A stretch of DNA of 63,450 bases, counting the filler, from Olpidium bornovanus S191 (Eukaryota; Fungi; Olpidiomycota): the NCBI GenBank assembly GCA_017911155.1. It is 22 parts of 22 records of this genome, joined end to end, with 100 filler letters (N's around TTAATTAATTAA, not from the genome) between each part and the next. Parts side by side here need not be neighbours in the genome. Positions count along the whole stretch, not along the records: positions 48,558 to 52,963 come from JAEFCI010001567.1; positions 53,064 to 57,977 come from JAEFCI010013397.1; positions 58,078 to 63,450 come from JAEFCI010004492.1; 19 more parts are not named here. One strand, 5' to 3'. Positions within the stretch are counted from its first letter, which is position 1. Each line of letters begins with the position of its first letter. Made by a program: the position numbers and the translations under genes. This document shows positions 48,458 to 60,330 of the stretch, one piece after another. The notes under the pieces are model-generated. The model had not been told where the DNA came from. It searched no databases and saw only the letters and a program-made list of their open reading frames with translations.

Positions 48458-48675
48458 NNNNNNNNNNNNNNNNNNNNNNNNNNNNNNNNNNNNNNNNNNN
48501 NTTAATTAATTAANNNNNNNNNNNNNNNNNNNNNNNNNNNNNNNNNNNNNNNNNNNNAAGCTCATTCCGTCTCTCCTTCTCCCGGTTGGCCCCAGCGGCC
48601 CAGTCCTTCGTCTCCTAATCTCCCCTCGTCTTCCAGTTCATCTCGTTGCGTTAAGCTCCGCGCCTGCCGACTCCC

Positions 48676-49572
48676 ATGCCAGCGACTCTTACCCCTGAGC
48701 AGAGGAAGACTTTCTACAACTGGTTTAAAGAGCGCTACTCTCGTGAATCGTCCGCCCTCGGCGCAGGCTCCCAGTCCCTGTCCAGGTCAACTCAGGACAA
48801 ACTGGTCGCCAACCGCCGCCGCATGGTTGACTTTTTGAAGTTCTCGTGGCGCTTCCAAAATGCGGGTTCGCTCGACCAAACACACTCTATCTTGTCCTTG
48901 CGCCGGTAATGTCGTGTTTTTCTCATCGCCATCAGAATAATTCGTGGAAGTAACCCCGTTTTTCTTCTTCTCGCTCTTCCCAGGACTGTTGCCATTGCAT
49001 ACGCCGCATCCTTCAAAGCCGATCCCATTCACTTCGGGATTCCTGGCAACCCCGGGGACACGACCTTTTATTTCTTGCCGTCCGACGCGGATTACTGTGG
49101 CCCTCTTGGGCCCACCGACCTTCAGTACGACCCTCGCTTCGCCCCGACCCTCAACGACGAGGTTATTTTGGCCGAGGACTTCGTCGGTCTCCCTTCCGCC
49201 GACGACACAATCTCCGACACCCAGCTTGCCGACGATGCCGTTCGCCCGCCGCCATACGTTCCTTCTGTTGCCGACTTTGCTGGTCCGGAGCGTATCCTCA
49301 ACCATTACAACCAACTCCGCCGAATGGGCTCTTCGGACAAAGTCAACGAGCTAATCGAGGCTTGCAAATCCCGCGGCACCCGTATGCGCCGGAACCGCGT
49401 TCTGAAGGGGCCCGAGGCCCAGAAAGTCGACGCCGCCCGGGCCTTGGCCAAGCGATCCAGTTCTGCTGGCCCTGCTCCCCACCGCCATCAAGTCGCCCGC
49501 CGGGGTACCTGGTCTTCGCGGCGCCATCCAGGAACTCGAGTTCCCACCATTCAGGCTTCCGCTCCCGCTTAG
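48676..49572 (+). CDS. Hypothetical 272-aa protein, two exons (48676-48905, 48984-49572), antisense to the adjacent gypsy pol
   Basis: Two ORFs in the same frame. The single intervening stop lies within a 78-nt GTAATG...CTCTTCCCAG intron with a pyrimidine tract; splicing restores a continuous frame. Confidence 0.6.
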
Positions 49573-50086
49573 AGCTCCACCTCCTAGCTCGCTCAGTGCT
49601 CTGTTGCCCCACATTGTCCTCCCTCCGCTGCGCCTTCCCCCCTTTTTTTCGTTTTCACCGCAAAGCGTACAGCCCCACCCCTGGGAAGGAAGAAGGTGAC
49701 GCCAGTCACTTCTCCTTTTTCTCAGGGGTCTAATCCCCCCGTTCCGGCGCGCTTGTCGTCCTGGGGGGCGGCCTCCCCTCCTCCCCATTCCCACTCTCGC
49801 AGGAGTCCCTGACCGAGCTCAGTGTCCGCCTTCAGGTCCCAAAGCAGACGTCATATTCCCCCCCACTCCTACTCTGTTGTTTCTCCTAGGAGAGCCCCTT
49901 GCGTCTCCGTCGTTTGGTGGACCTCCATTTACAGTAGCTCGCTCGACGATTCGCTTGCGCCCATGGAACGTCCAATAGAAAAAAGAAATTTTCCCGCACG
50001 CGTTGCGCCTGCAACGGTTGCCTACGTATTTGCAGCTCGTCGCGGAATCAAGGCGTCGTAGTTCCGGCATGGTAATCCAGGTACCG

Positions 50087-52963
50087 TCAATCACGATAAT
50101 TCCAGGAAGTCGCAGCCAAATTTGATATTTTGTTCAGATATTTTGCGGTTGGAAACTTGAAAGTAATTTTTCCCTCATCCAGAGGCTCGGCTTGATCATC
50201 TCTCACGCCCTCCGATTCTTCCCCTGCGCGCACAATTCTCTCCTCATAGCTCGCCGACTCGACTCTCCCCTTTTTCCGAAAACTCTTCACGCATTTTCCC
50301 GGGTAGCGTGTTTTTAGGCGCGTCCCGTCCAGCTCCTCCAGCACATATGTAGCCGTATCTCGATAAACTTCCGCGACGCGATACGGTCCGCTTTACTTCT
50401 CTTCAAACTTCCTTTTTGCTCGATGCTGCACCTCGTTCGGCGAGGTGCGGACCAGCACCCAGTCCCCCACACAAAACAGTTCGGAACGTTGCGGCCGCCG
50501 TGAGTTAACGTATTCCTTGGTCTTGTCCCGAACACGCCGCGTTTTCTTCACCGCCTTCTCGACATTGGAGCTCGTCATTTTAACCTGCCTTATTCGTAAC
50601 CCCAAAAGCTCCTCAGTGGAAACTCCGTCTGCCCAAGGTAGTACGGCCCACGTCACGACATCCGATTCCACCGGCAAAACCATCGGCGACCCATTCATCA
50701 ATTCCGCCGGTGAAAACCCCGTCGTTCTCGTCACCGTCGTTTGATCCGCCCACAGCGCAAAGGGCAATAAGTTCACCCATTCTTTAACTCACCCATTGGC
50801 CGCCTTCTTAAGAGGCCCCAATAACGTTTGGTGACCACGTTCCACTCGCCTGTTTGCCTCCGGATTATACGCGGTCGTTAACCCTAAGTCGATATTAAAC
50901 CGGCAGAAGAACTCATCTGCCTCATTTGCGTTTAATTCTCTCCTATCCGCGCGGACTAGAGCCGGACACCAGAACTGGCATACAATATATTCAAAAATAA
51001 ACTTGCATACCGTTGCTGTCTTGTTGGAAGATAACGATTTCCCTTCAACAAAGTTCATCAGTCCCTCTCGAGCAAGTACAAGATACCAATAATTCCCGAC
51101 TCGGGGCATGTACACAGTATTGATGAACCACGTATGGTATACGGACTCGGGATAATCAGAGTTGAGCTCATCATAAACTTGTTTTTGGGAGAATTTCTGA
51201 CGTATTTCGCAAGTCTTGGCGTACTCCTCCACATCGCGATACTACAGCTCCTTAGCTCGCGCGTAGGTTCGTGCCGCTCCTCGATGGCCACCCGCTCCAT
51301 CGTCATGTACTCCTCGTAGCACTTCCTCTCGTTTCGCGCGAGTTCCGACTACCCGTCGTGGTCGTGCGCCCGTTCCCACACTGGGGCGTCGCCAGAGATA
51401 CCCGTCTCGGAGAAAGTAATCGTACAATCGGCGTCGCTCGTGTCGCGGCACCCCATCAAGCGTCCTGCCTAGCCGCACTTTCTCCAACAGCCTTCCAATT
51501 GTTTGACTTACGCCCTCATATTCGCCCTCCCGAAATCTCGACAAATTATATTCATGTCTCACAGAATTACACCAAAATATCCACGAGTTTATTTCGGCCT
51601 CCGCGCCACTATCGTCCATGTCGTCGTACCTGGCTCGACTAAGCATGTCTGCTAACTTGTTCTCGGTTGCGGCAATGTGCATCAAGGTAACTTCTAACTG
51701 CTTGATGACTCCAAGCCACCACTGACAATGAATGTCGGGCGTCGTGCAGTTCGCGACCATGCCGACCACGGGACGACAGTCAGTCTCGACCACAACGTGC
51801 ACCCTCAGGATTGATTGCTGCTCTTCCATTAAAGCCGTTTGACTGCAAATAGCTCCTTCTTAGTTTGGCCATACTCTCGTTGCGTACCCCCTAATGTTTT
51901 TGCACCAAATTTGGACGGGTTCCGCTCGCCTCCTTCAAGTGACTCCTGACTGATTACCCACCCGATTGCGTAAGGACCAGCATTGACCGTCAGATAAATT
52001 TGCGGCGCCCTCGGCCGATAATTTAATGGCTTGAGAATGGGCTCCTGTGCTAAGGCTGTTCACAATCGCTGCATCGCCTCTGTGCATTTGCTGGTCCATG
52101 TGAAATTTGACCCTTTCTGCAGGAGCGCATATAATGGCTCCGCAACATGAGCGTAGTGCGGAATAGACGCACGGAAAACCCCGACAGCCCCAATGAACTG
52201 CCGGACTTCTGACACATTCCGACAATCTTCCATGCGATCCAGTGCCGCAATTTTCTTCTTGTCTGGTTTCTTCCCGTAAGGCCCGCATCAAAACCCAACA
52301 ACCAAAACCTCACTCATGCCGAATGACGACTTCACACCTGACAGTGTTAAGCCCGCTCGTTCAAGGCTCGAATGAACTCCCTCGACAGCGTTGACATGAT
52401 TGACGACAAATTTCCGGGCTTCGGTTGCCTTATCGACCGTATGATTGCATTCCTCTACCCGAGGCCCGCGCATTGGTAGGTCATCAATGAACGGAATAGT
52501 AACCTTTGGGACGTGGTCTCGGAGGACTTCGTTGACTGCAGTAACAACGTGTCCCACAGAGTTCGTCCCTCCCATCGGCACCGTCGTCATTCTCAGCAGA
52601 CCAAGCGGAGTCTGAAGGGCAGTTAGGTCACGACTCGCTCTTTCCAACTGAAACTGATCGTACCCGGAAAACAAATCTCCCATGCTGTAAATTCCACGCC
52701 CTGCGAATTCTTCCATGTAATCCTCGATGGCGGGAGCAACCCCCGAATTTCGAATGGTCACTCTATTCGCTGGCTGGAGATCCTGGATAAATCGAAGATA
52801 CCCATTCTTCTTTGGTATTGTAAACCAGCGATTGGCATATGGCCCATGACTCGGTTCAAGAACGCTGGATGCAATTCGCTTTCTCAGAAGCTCAATGAGC
52901 TGGTTATAGTGCGCTTAAGGTACTGGAATTGGCTTGAGCTTCCACGGAAAATGCTCAATAGTA
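50087..52963 (-). mobile_element. Ty3/gypsy pol (RT, RNase H, integrase) with stops and frameshifts
   Basis: GPYANRWFTIPKKNGYLRFIQDLQPAN; DLFSGYDQ; TTVPMGGTNS; PFIDD; VETDCRP...NKLADMLSR; HDDGAGGHRG...KTCEI; TTAYNPEANRRVERGH; LPFALWAD.TT...TTGFSP. Order RT-RH-INT. Confidence 0.96.
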
Positions 52964-55900
52964 NNNNNNNNNNNNNNNNNNNNNNNNNNNNNNNNNNNNN
53001 NNNNNNNTTAATTAATTAANNNNNNNNNNNNNNNNNNNNNNNNNNNNNNNNNNNNNNNNNNNNCCTGCGCAAAAGCAGCAAATTTTACCTGCTCGCGGAA
53101 AGTGCGGGGGGGCGGCGGAATGGGGGGAGGAAGGGGGTGAAGAACGTAGACGGTTTTTCGGGGTCCGGAGGAGCTCTGCCGGGCTGTATTTTCCGCCGCC
53201 TTTTCTTTACTCTATATGTGTACGGGAAGGGGAACTACGGTCCAGGGGCGGAGAGTGCGCAGTGCCCCCCCTTTACTTTTGCCCTCCCCCTTTCCAACAG
53301 GGGAGGGGGAGGAGGGGGGGGTTGGAGCCAAGCCGGAAATTGCGCAGACGCAGAGAACGCCGCGAGTTCGTAAGAACGGGAAGGGAAGGAGAACTGTGTT
53401 CGGGGCGTTTGTTTATGAGTTTCCCCTGGCCCTATTTTATATGGCGGCGACTAAGGAATCTACGCAGGGGTAACGCGGGCTGCGTGCGCGCAGTGCGTCT
53501 ACGGCTCAGCCACCCCGTTTATTCTACAGAGGCGGGGGGGAAGCGTGAAGCCGCGTGAAGCGGACAGTGCGTTGCACTGTGAAATAAACGGGACACGGTG
53601 CGTTGCAGCTTGCGAGCGCGAAGAGGAGCGCAAGAAAACTCAGGATGCGCGAAGATTACATGTAACTTTGGCGCGGGGGAAGCGTTTGCAAGGAAGATGC
53701 GCGAAGGTTGCTGCGCAGGGGGGGGGGGGGGGGGGGGGCGGGGGGGGGGGGGGGGGGAGGAGTTCGCGGGAAAGAGGTTTTCTTTATTTTATTTTTTCTT
53801 GGCAGATTTTTAAAAAAAAGGAGGCAATGAAAGAGAGCCGCCGAGGAAGCTGCGCGAGTTCCCGAAATACGAGCAGAGATCACGTGAAGTCACCGCGGTG
53901 ACCCCAGGCGCGAACTGTTACGTGATACCCGGAAATTCAGCAGAAATGTGCGTTCGCTTCAGGGAGAGACGGATTTTATGCATAGAACGGAGGATGTGGA
54001 AGAATTTCCGCGTTTATGGGCCAAATGGAGCCCGTGCGATGATGGTACTACGAAGGCAAACTGCGACTATGAGGCTGCAGGGGCGAGGAAAAGGGTCTAA
54101 ATCCGAGGTCCGTGGGGGGCCCGAGAAGCCGAAACTTATTATTTAAAATATATTTATTTTTAAATATTAGACCGTTATACTATATGTATATTTTATAGCT
54201 ATATAAATAATATTCTATATTCCAATAAGTAATGATAATTTACTTTTTATTAAGCTGTAATATTTTATAATATACAATATTGTATATATGTATCTGCAAA
54301 TAACGTATGTATTTTATAGTATAAATGTATTATATAATAATCTACAAGTTATTATTATATTATTTGTTATTCTTTAGAAGTGTAATTGATATAAGTATTC
54401 CAATGATATTGCTACAATGATTTAAATTGATTCCATTTCCAAGGATGCGCGGCCGCAAGGGCGAGGGAAGGGTCTAAGCCCGAGGTCCTTGGCTGGCCCG
54501 AGAGGCCGATACTGGGCGGACGAATCAATTCGACAAGAAATTCTTTGATTTCGGCAGAATAACAAATCGCGGAGATGAAATATCGTGTTAAGGGCAGACG
54601 TGTGACTCGAAAAGCGATTTTGGCAGCTGCAGGACAGGCATGTGGATTGCCGGATGGAGATCAACATGTCCGGCAAGCGAGAAAACCGTTCGGGCACACC
54701 GAAAACCACGACCTCGCGAAAATTGGTTCCGTAGGGAAATGGGCAACCTGGTAAAGCGTACTCGGGGTGCTTAAGCAATTGAGAGAGAAAGAGAGAGATA
54801 GAGAGGTTAGGGCTAGGGTTAATGAGAGAGAATGACAAGAAGTTAGCGAGAAAAGAGGCGAGACGAGAAAAAAGAGCGAGTGCAACACCAGAGGGAAACC
54901 GGCGTCCGCTGCGTCCACGTCGCTCCAAATGGTCGTCAGATTCCACGTCCGCCATGAAACATTACCCGAGGCTCCTCCTCCGCAGTTCGGCGCCGCTGGA
55001 CCACGCCCGTCGGCCGACTACGGCGGCCCCGCCGGGACCCTCAAAGCACACGGCCAAGAACTCGGACCAGGTCGCGGTAAATCTCCTGGCGAGGTAAATC
55101 AGGCCTCAGCAACAGACCCAGCATCAAAGCGCGCCTGGCCCCGCACTGGGAAGATAGCCCTCGAGGCTTGGGATACGTATTGCACGAGTTTCTTAGTCCT
55201 ACCTCTCCCGGTCAGAATCCCATGATGTTGTGCTGCTAATACTACTGCCATCGCGTTTGGAGAATAGAACCGGCCCCACCCGGTCCGGAACGCGTGAAAA
55301 CTCAGAAATCGTAAAGATATGCTCCCCTCCCAGCGGGCTTGGCGGCAAGGGTCATCAAGCTGGACGATCTTCCCCTGAGTGACCCGGGCCCCGGTCGACG
55401 AAATTCCGTGGCGCCGGCTTTCGCGCAAGGCCCGGGGGCTTTCTGGCTGGACGTCTCCAACACGCCTGCACCGGTGACGGTTGGATCCTGGGCGACGCCG
55501 CGGTTTAGTGAAAACGAAGTGTTCGTCATCACCTCTCGCCTGGGGGTCCTCCCCCCCCCCCCCCCCCCCCGGGGGCCCCCCCCCCCCCCCCCCCCGCGTG
55601 GTTACCATCGAGACAGAAATGCATAGCCACGTCCACGCTGGAAAGGAAAATTTATCTCCGGCACCGCGGCGGCACAGGAGAGCGCAACGGCCCCGCTCTG
55701 CCGCGCACACACGTGGAACGGTGCCGCAATCGGCAAATCCAGCGTTGCTTCCGATCGACAACGATGGTGCAGCCCGGGTCTCGTGAAGGTCGAAGGGACG
55801 TCGATATCAAACGTTATCACCCGCACCGGCGCGCCTCAGACAAGGCCGCTTGAAGTCGAGCGCGTCGTTCCGGCTAAGCATCCGGTGGATCTTTTTTCAT

Positions 55901-56545
55901 CGAACAGCTTGACAAGGTCAAAATCGCCGCAATGCAGAAAGATCGGCCAAATGCCAAACAGCCCGCGATCGCAGCCGTGAAGGTAAACGAAAGTGTTTTC
56001 ATAGGTACGCGGCATTCGTGTGCGTTATGGTGCGATAAGTGAGGCGGGGTGTAGAGGAGAATTAGGGGGGGAAAGGGTGAGACCGGCTCGCGCTACGCGC
56101 ACCAGCCTCTGTCGTACCCCGTGGAATCCCTTGTACATCCAATACTCTAAAAAAGCCTAGAGTTAGTAGCGCCGCCACACCCTAGAACACAGATACCTTT
56201 CCATCTCCTGCTCACGGGCGCGATGCATACTTAACGTCCTCCTTCCTTCCTTCTTTCCTTCTGGGCTCCAAAAGTCAAACACTCCCCACCCCCTCTCCCA
56301 CACCGTCGGGGGCGGCCCCTCGCAAAGAACCCTGGCCCTTTAACTGGATTCCTCTTGAAACCTTTCGTTCTTTTTTGGTTTTATGCGCTCAAAAACGAGG
56401 GAGGGGGTTGCTCCCGCATGTATAAGTTGGGCATACTTTGGCCTCGTTTGTGAGCTTCATAAGTTTTTTTTTTTATACGTACGTGGGAAGGAGCAGGTGG
56501 AGGGAATAATAATATACCTAAACATCTAATCAACATCCATGAATC

Positions 56546-56651
56546 GAGTTTCGGCCGGTTGATCCGCGCCGAAAGCGTCCTACCGGCCCAAATCGGCGGA
56601 GTTTCGACCGGTTGATCTGCGCCGAAAGCGTCCTACCAGCCCAAGTCGGCG
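56546..56651. repeat. 53-bp tandem duplication just downstream of the RING gene stop
   Basis: GAGTTTCGRCCGGTTGATCYGCGCCGAAAGCGTCCTACCRGCCCAARTCGGCG at 56546 and 56599. Confidence 0.95.
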
Positions 56652-56660
56652 GCCGGGTCG

Positions 56661-57792
56661 TCATCTTGCCACGGGAGGGTCGCCGCCGAGCACGTAAACC
56701 GTGGACAGAAAGCTTTCGTCGTACTCCTCCACGCCGTCGCCGGCGATCATCATCGTGGCATCAATCAAGGTTTCTAACATCAAGTCGCACTCGTGCAGGC
56801 GGTGCCTCCACGCTGACGCCTCTTTGAACAGCGAGAGCGGGTCGGTGCCTTGTAACTCCCGAGAGAGGTTCTCCTGCACGAATCCGTCCACCGACTCCAG
56901 CCAAGCGGCCACCGTGGCGGGGACGTCAAAATCGTTTGAGCGGCCCAAGGTGAGGGCGGTGCTGAGATAGACTTCGAGGGAGGGAATTATGAGCCCGGGC
57001 CTCACGAGAGGTTTGGCGAGCTCGGCGAACTTGGTCATATCAACCAGCAGCTGCGAGCGGAGCTCGCGGGGCCGCGCGGTGGAGAGCCTGCTAGTCAGAA
57101 TGCTTCCTACGGGCAAGTTGCCCACGAAGAGGGAGCCACGGTCATCGCGGCCGAGGGCAGCGGCCGGGATGCCGAAACCCTGGAGCAAATTCGGCAACGC
57201 GTCGCACTCCCAGGAAATCCGATGGGTTCGGACGGGTTCGGACGCGCCGATCAGAACATTTCTGTCCGGCAAGCCAAACACGAGGTCGCCGCCGGATTCG
57301 TCGCTGCCGAGGGCAAAAACGGGACCGCCGTAATCCGTGAGCATCTTATAGATGGCCTTGTCTTCCAAGAAGGCGTCAACCATGTAGTTTGCCGTCAAAG
57401 TCCGGAGGTCTGCCGACGTAAGGTGGCAGAAGGCATTTGGCACCGCGAGGCCCCGGGAAAACCTTTCGCGCATCTTTCTCAACACGTTCTGGCCCGCGCA
57501 GCTGCGGAGGGCGTCGGCCACCTCGGTAACGACGCCAGAGACCAGTCCGAGGTGCTCGGAAATGCGAAGCTTCATCAAGCGGCCCGAATCCTCGGCGGCG
57601 TCAGGCCGAATCTCTGGCGAGAGAAGGCCTTCGTATTCCAACTCCTTCAGCAGCGCCTCGACGCGGCCGAACGCATGTTCGACCACGTCAGCCCTCCTGT
57701 ATGGCGTGGCGTTGTTGCACAACGGACACCTGCCGGATTTGGTGAGCCGCAGACACGTAGGGTGAAACACGTGGCCGCAGGTAGTTACCTCA
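56661..57792 (-). CDS. RING-H2-type zinc finger protein, large terminal exon with an unassigned C-terminal region; 5' exon(s) missing
   Basis: After acceptor TTTAG (57793): TTCGHVFHPTCLRLTKSGRCPLCN (second half of RING-H2), then about 350 open codons of globular-looking sequence. Confidence 0.75.
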
Positions 57793-58125
57793 CTAAACGG
57801 GCTCGAAGAGTTTTTTTTCGACGAATAAGCAAAAAATATCGCGCGGACGACCGGAGGAACAACAACCCTCCCTTCCCCCCACAAACACGGTCTAACAAAA
57901 AAAAAGCAGAAAAAAAAAATCAAAGACAAACCGAAAACAAAAAAAAAATCAAAAACAAAAAGAAAACCAAAGAAAAANNNNNNNNNNNNNNNNNNNNNNN
58001 NNNNNNNNNNNNNNNNNNNNNTTAATTAATTAANNNNNNNNNNNNNNNNNNNNNNNNNNNNNNNNNNNNNNNNNNNNAAAAAAAAAAAAAGGAAACAGGA
58101 ATAAAACAAAAAGCAGCCAGTCGTC

Positions 58126-59281
58126 ATGCCGGTGGGTTTTCCCTCGCGTGCGCAACGGGAAAAGAGCCTGTGGGCAACGGCGGTCCCCGGGCCGGCGCGG
58201 ACAAGTTCCCTCTGGAAAGGCGCGGGGGCGGGCCTGTGGGGGAGGGGGCAGCCGCACGGAGGGCGGAACCTCTGGAACGCTGCGCACGGCCCGACAGCGG
58301 TCGCGCGCGCTGGACCTTCGGCGCGTCAGTGTGCGGTTGGCGCACTTCCAGTATACGGATAGGGAGCTGGACGGGCAGGCTCAAAGCCAATGCGGCTCGG
58401 CCACTGCATCGGGGAAAGGGCTGCAACCGTGTGCATGAGCCCCGCCCGCTGAAAGCAGCGAGCGGGACGCCAAGTGTTTGCAATCCCGCGGACGGGCGCG
58501 GAAGCCGAACCCCGTGCTGCGCGGGCCTGCCTCCTCGGAACGGGAACAAAGACACCCCATCTCCGCCCCACTTGCCTGGAGTGAATGTTTCTTTGCGGAC
58601 CCCAGGGTGGGCTGCCAAGTCGGCGGTGTCGACGTTAGCGCTCGTGAAGCTTTGCGTGCTGGCTGGTGACGTCGTTGCGCTCCCGCTCACTTTTTTTTTT
58701 TTCTCTCTCTCTCTTCCTCGCTATCGACTCCGCGCTCGGGTGTGTTGTTTTCTTATCCAGCTGGCCGTCGACCTCCTCAACCCGTCCGCCGAGCACGAGA
58801 AAAGGACGCACAAGCTCAAGCGCCTCGTGCAGAGCCCAAACTCGTATTTTATGGACGTCAAGTGCCCAGGTTCGCTCCCGGGGGTTACGTGGCTCCGCTT
58901 CTGGAAGGCGCACGAATCTCGACGGCGAAGAGCCCGCTGCTGACAACCGAGATGCCCTTTTGTTTTTTTTGCAGGATGCATGGGCATCTCGACTGTCTTC
59001 AGCCACGCGCAGACGGTCGTCATCTGCGGAGGGTGCGCAAACGTGCTTTGCCAACCGACTGGAGGGAAAGCCCGTCTCACCGAGGGTAAGCGGGAGGATA
59101 GGTTTTTATTCGTGGGGAGTAAGCGGGAGGATAGGTTTTTATTCGTGGGGAGCTGGGGCGGGGCGGGGTCTGAACTCCATCGTTTTCTGCAATGTGGTAT
59201 GGCCCGGGCTGCGGAGGAGACTGACTCTGCGATCCGATGCCGCGTTTGATAGGATGCCAGTACCGTAGGAAGGGCAACTGA
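58126..59281 (+). CDS. RPS27: 40S ribosomal protein S27 (eS27), 4 exons (58126-58131, 58761-58869, 58975-59085, 59253-59281)
   Basis: MP|[37 protein letters not shown]|[37 protein letters not shown]|CQYRRKGN*; all introns GT-AG. Confidence 0.97.
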
Positions 59282-60330
59282 GCTGGGACCGTGCCGCGTT
59301 CTTTGTGGCTCCCGGGGGAGACGATTAAAAGAGGTCCCATTCCATCTTCTACAAGAGGCTCTATGGTCATCTTCGCTGATTCTAATATAGAACCCTCAAC
59401 GGCACCCAGAGGCGAAATAACATTCTGTGGGAGGGTCCGTTATCTGACCCCCCGTCCCTCACGCGCTCGACCTCGGGGCGAAACCTGTGTTTCATGCGCC
59501 ATCGGGCATCCAAAATCTTTACCCGCGCTGTTGTCTTCGGTGCGGGGAGCAGGTGGGCGGCTTACGCGGGCCTCACTAAGGCCCAAGTTGAACCAACATT
59601 TGCAAATTCCCCGAAAAGTTAGCGGTTCCCTGTGAGAGATGCAGCTTGGAATGTGTCACAAAACCAGGGAAAAACGAGTGGATTCGGCGATGAAAATTTT
59701 GCTGTTTTGCGAATCCAGGCAGCTTTGACCCGAGAAAACCCCTCGAAACGTGGCATAAATGACTGGAAAAGATGTAACCGCTGATCCCACACTGCACTCG
59801 CGTTTTCTGCGGTGCGCTTTGACGCTCTCCCTTACCGGTTTAGGGCGTGTGTGGCAGAGGTGGGATGGGAGGGGAGGGCAATTCCTGTCGTTTTCTGGAT
59901 CCGCGGAAGAAGGGGACGGCCACGTCCCCGGCCGCAAGGGGGGGACGAAAAGCTTCTTCGGGCTTGTTTTTGGACCCATCTGATCCAAACCGTTTTTGTT
60001 GTACGGCGGAGCCTTCTGCGCAGTTTCCGGGAGCGCGCGAGGGCGGGCGGGGGGCGTTCTCCGCGAGCCCCGCGCGTCCTCGCGTTTCGCGTTTCCCCCG
60101 TTCTTCGCGCCCGCCCCGCCCCGCCCCGCGTTTATTTCCTTTCTCTCTCTTTTTCAGCCCCCGGGAAAAAAAAAAATAACAGAGAACCCCCCCCTCCCCG
60201 GCTCGCTTCCCGCAACCCCGTTTTCCGCCCCGGCCCCTGGCGTCACCGCCGCCGCCGCCGCCGCGCGGTATCGCGCAACCCCGGCCCACACCTCATACCC
60301 CCTCCCCCCACCTTTTTTTCCCTTCCGGCC

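Larger units (their letters stand above)
1213..58077. other. 21 artificial contig spacers (100 nt each, N + TTAATTAATTAA + N) at 1213-1312, 6895-6994, 8308-8407, 12351-12450, 15188-15287, 17588-17687, 19331-19430, 21258-21357, 23702-23801, 25948-26047, 29028-29127, 30218-30317, 32509-32608, 35312-35411, 36855-36954, 40016-40115, 44123-44222, 46300-46399, 48458-48557, 52964-53063, 57978-58077
   Basis: Identical stop-in-all-six-frames 12-mer inside constant-length N runs; genes are cut abruptly at these points. Confidence 0.99.

Noticed and set aside
49575-50090. Candidate polypurine tracts and 3' LTR start for the gypsy element (e.g. 49711-49724, 49855-49872)
   Set aside because: The whole region is purine-rich on the minus strand and no second LTR copy is present to confirm a boundary.
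58132-58760. Possible snoRNA in the 629-nt RPS27 first intron
   Set aside because: No convincing C/D or H/ACA boxes seen by eye; an Infernal/snoscan run would be needed.
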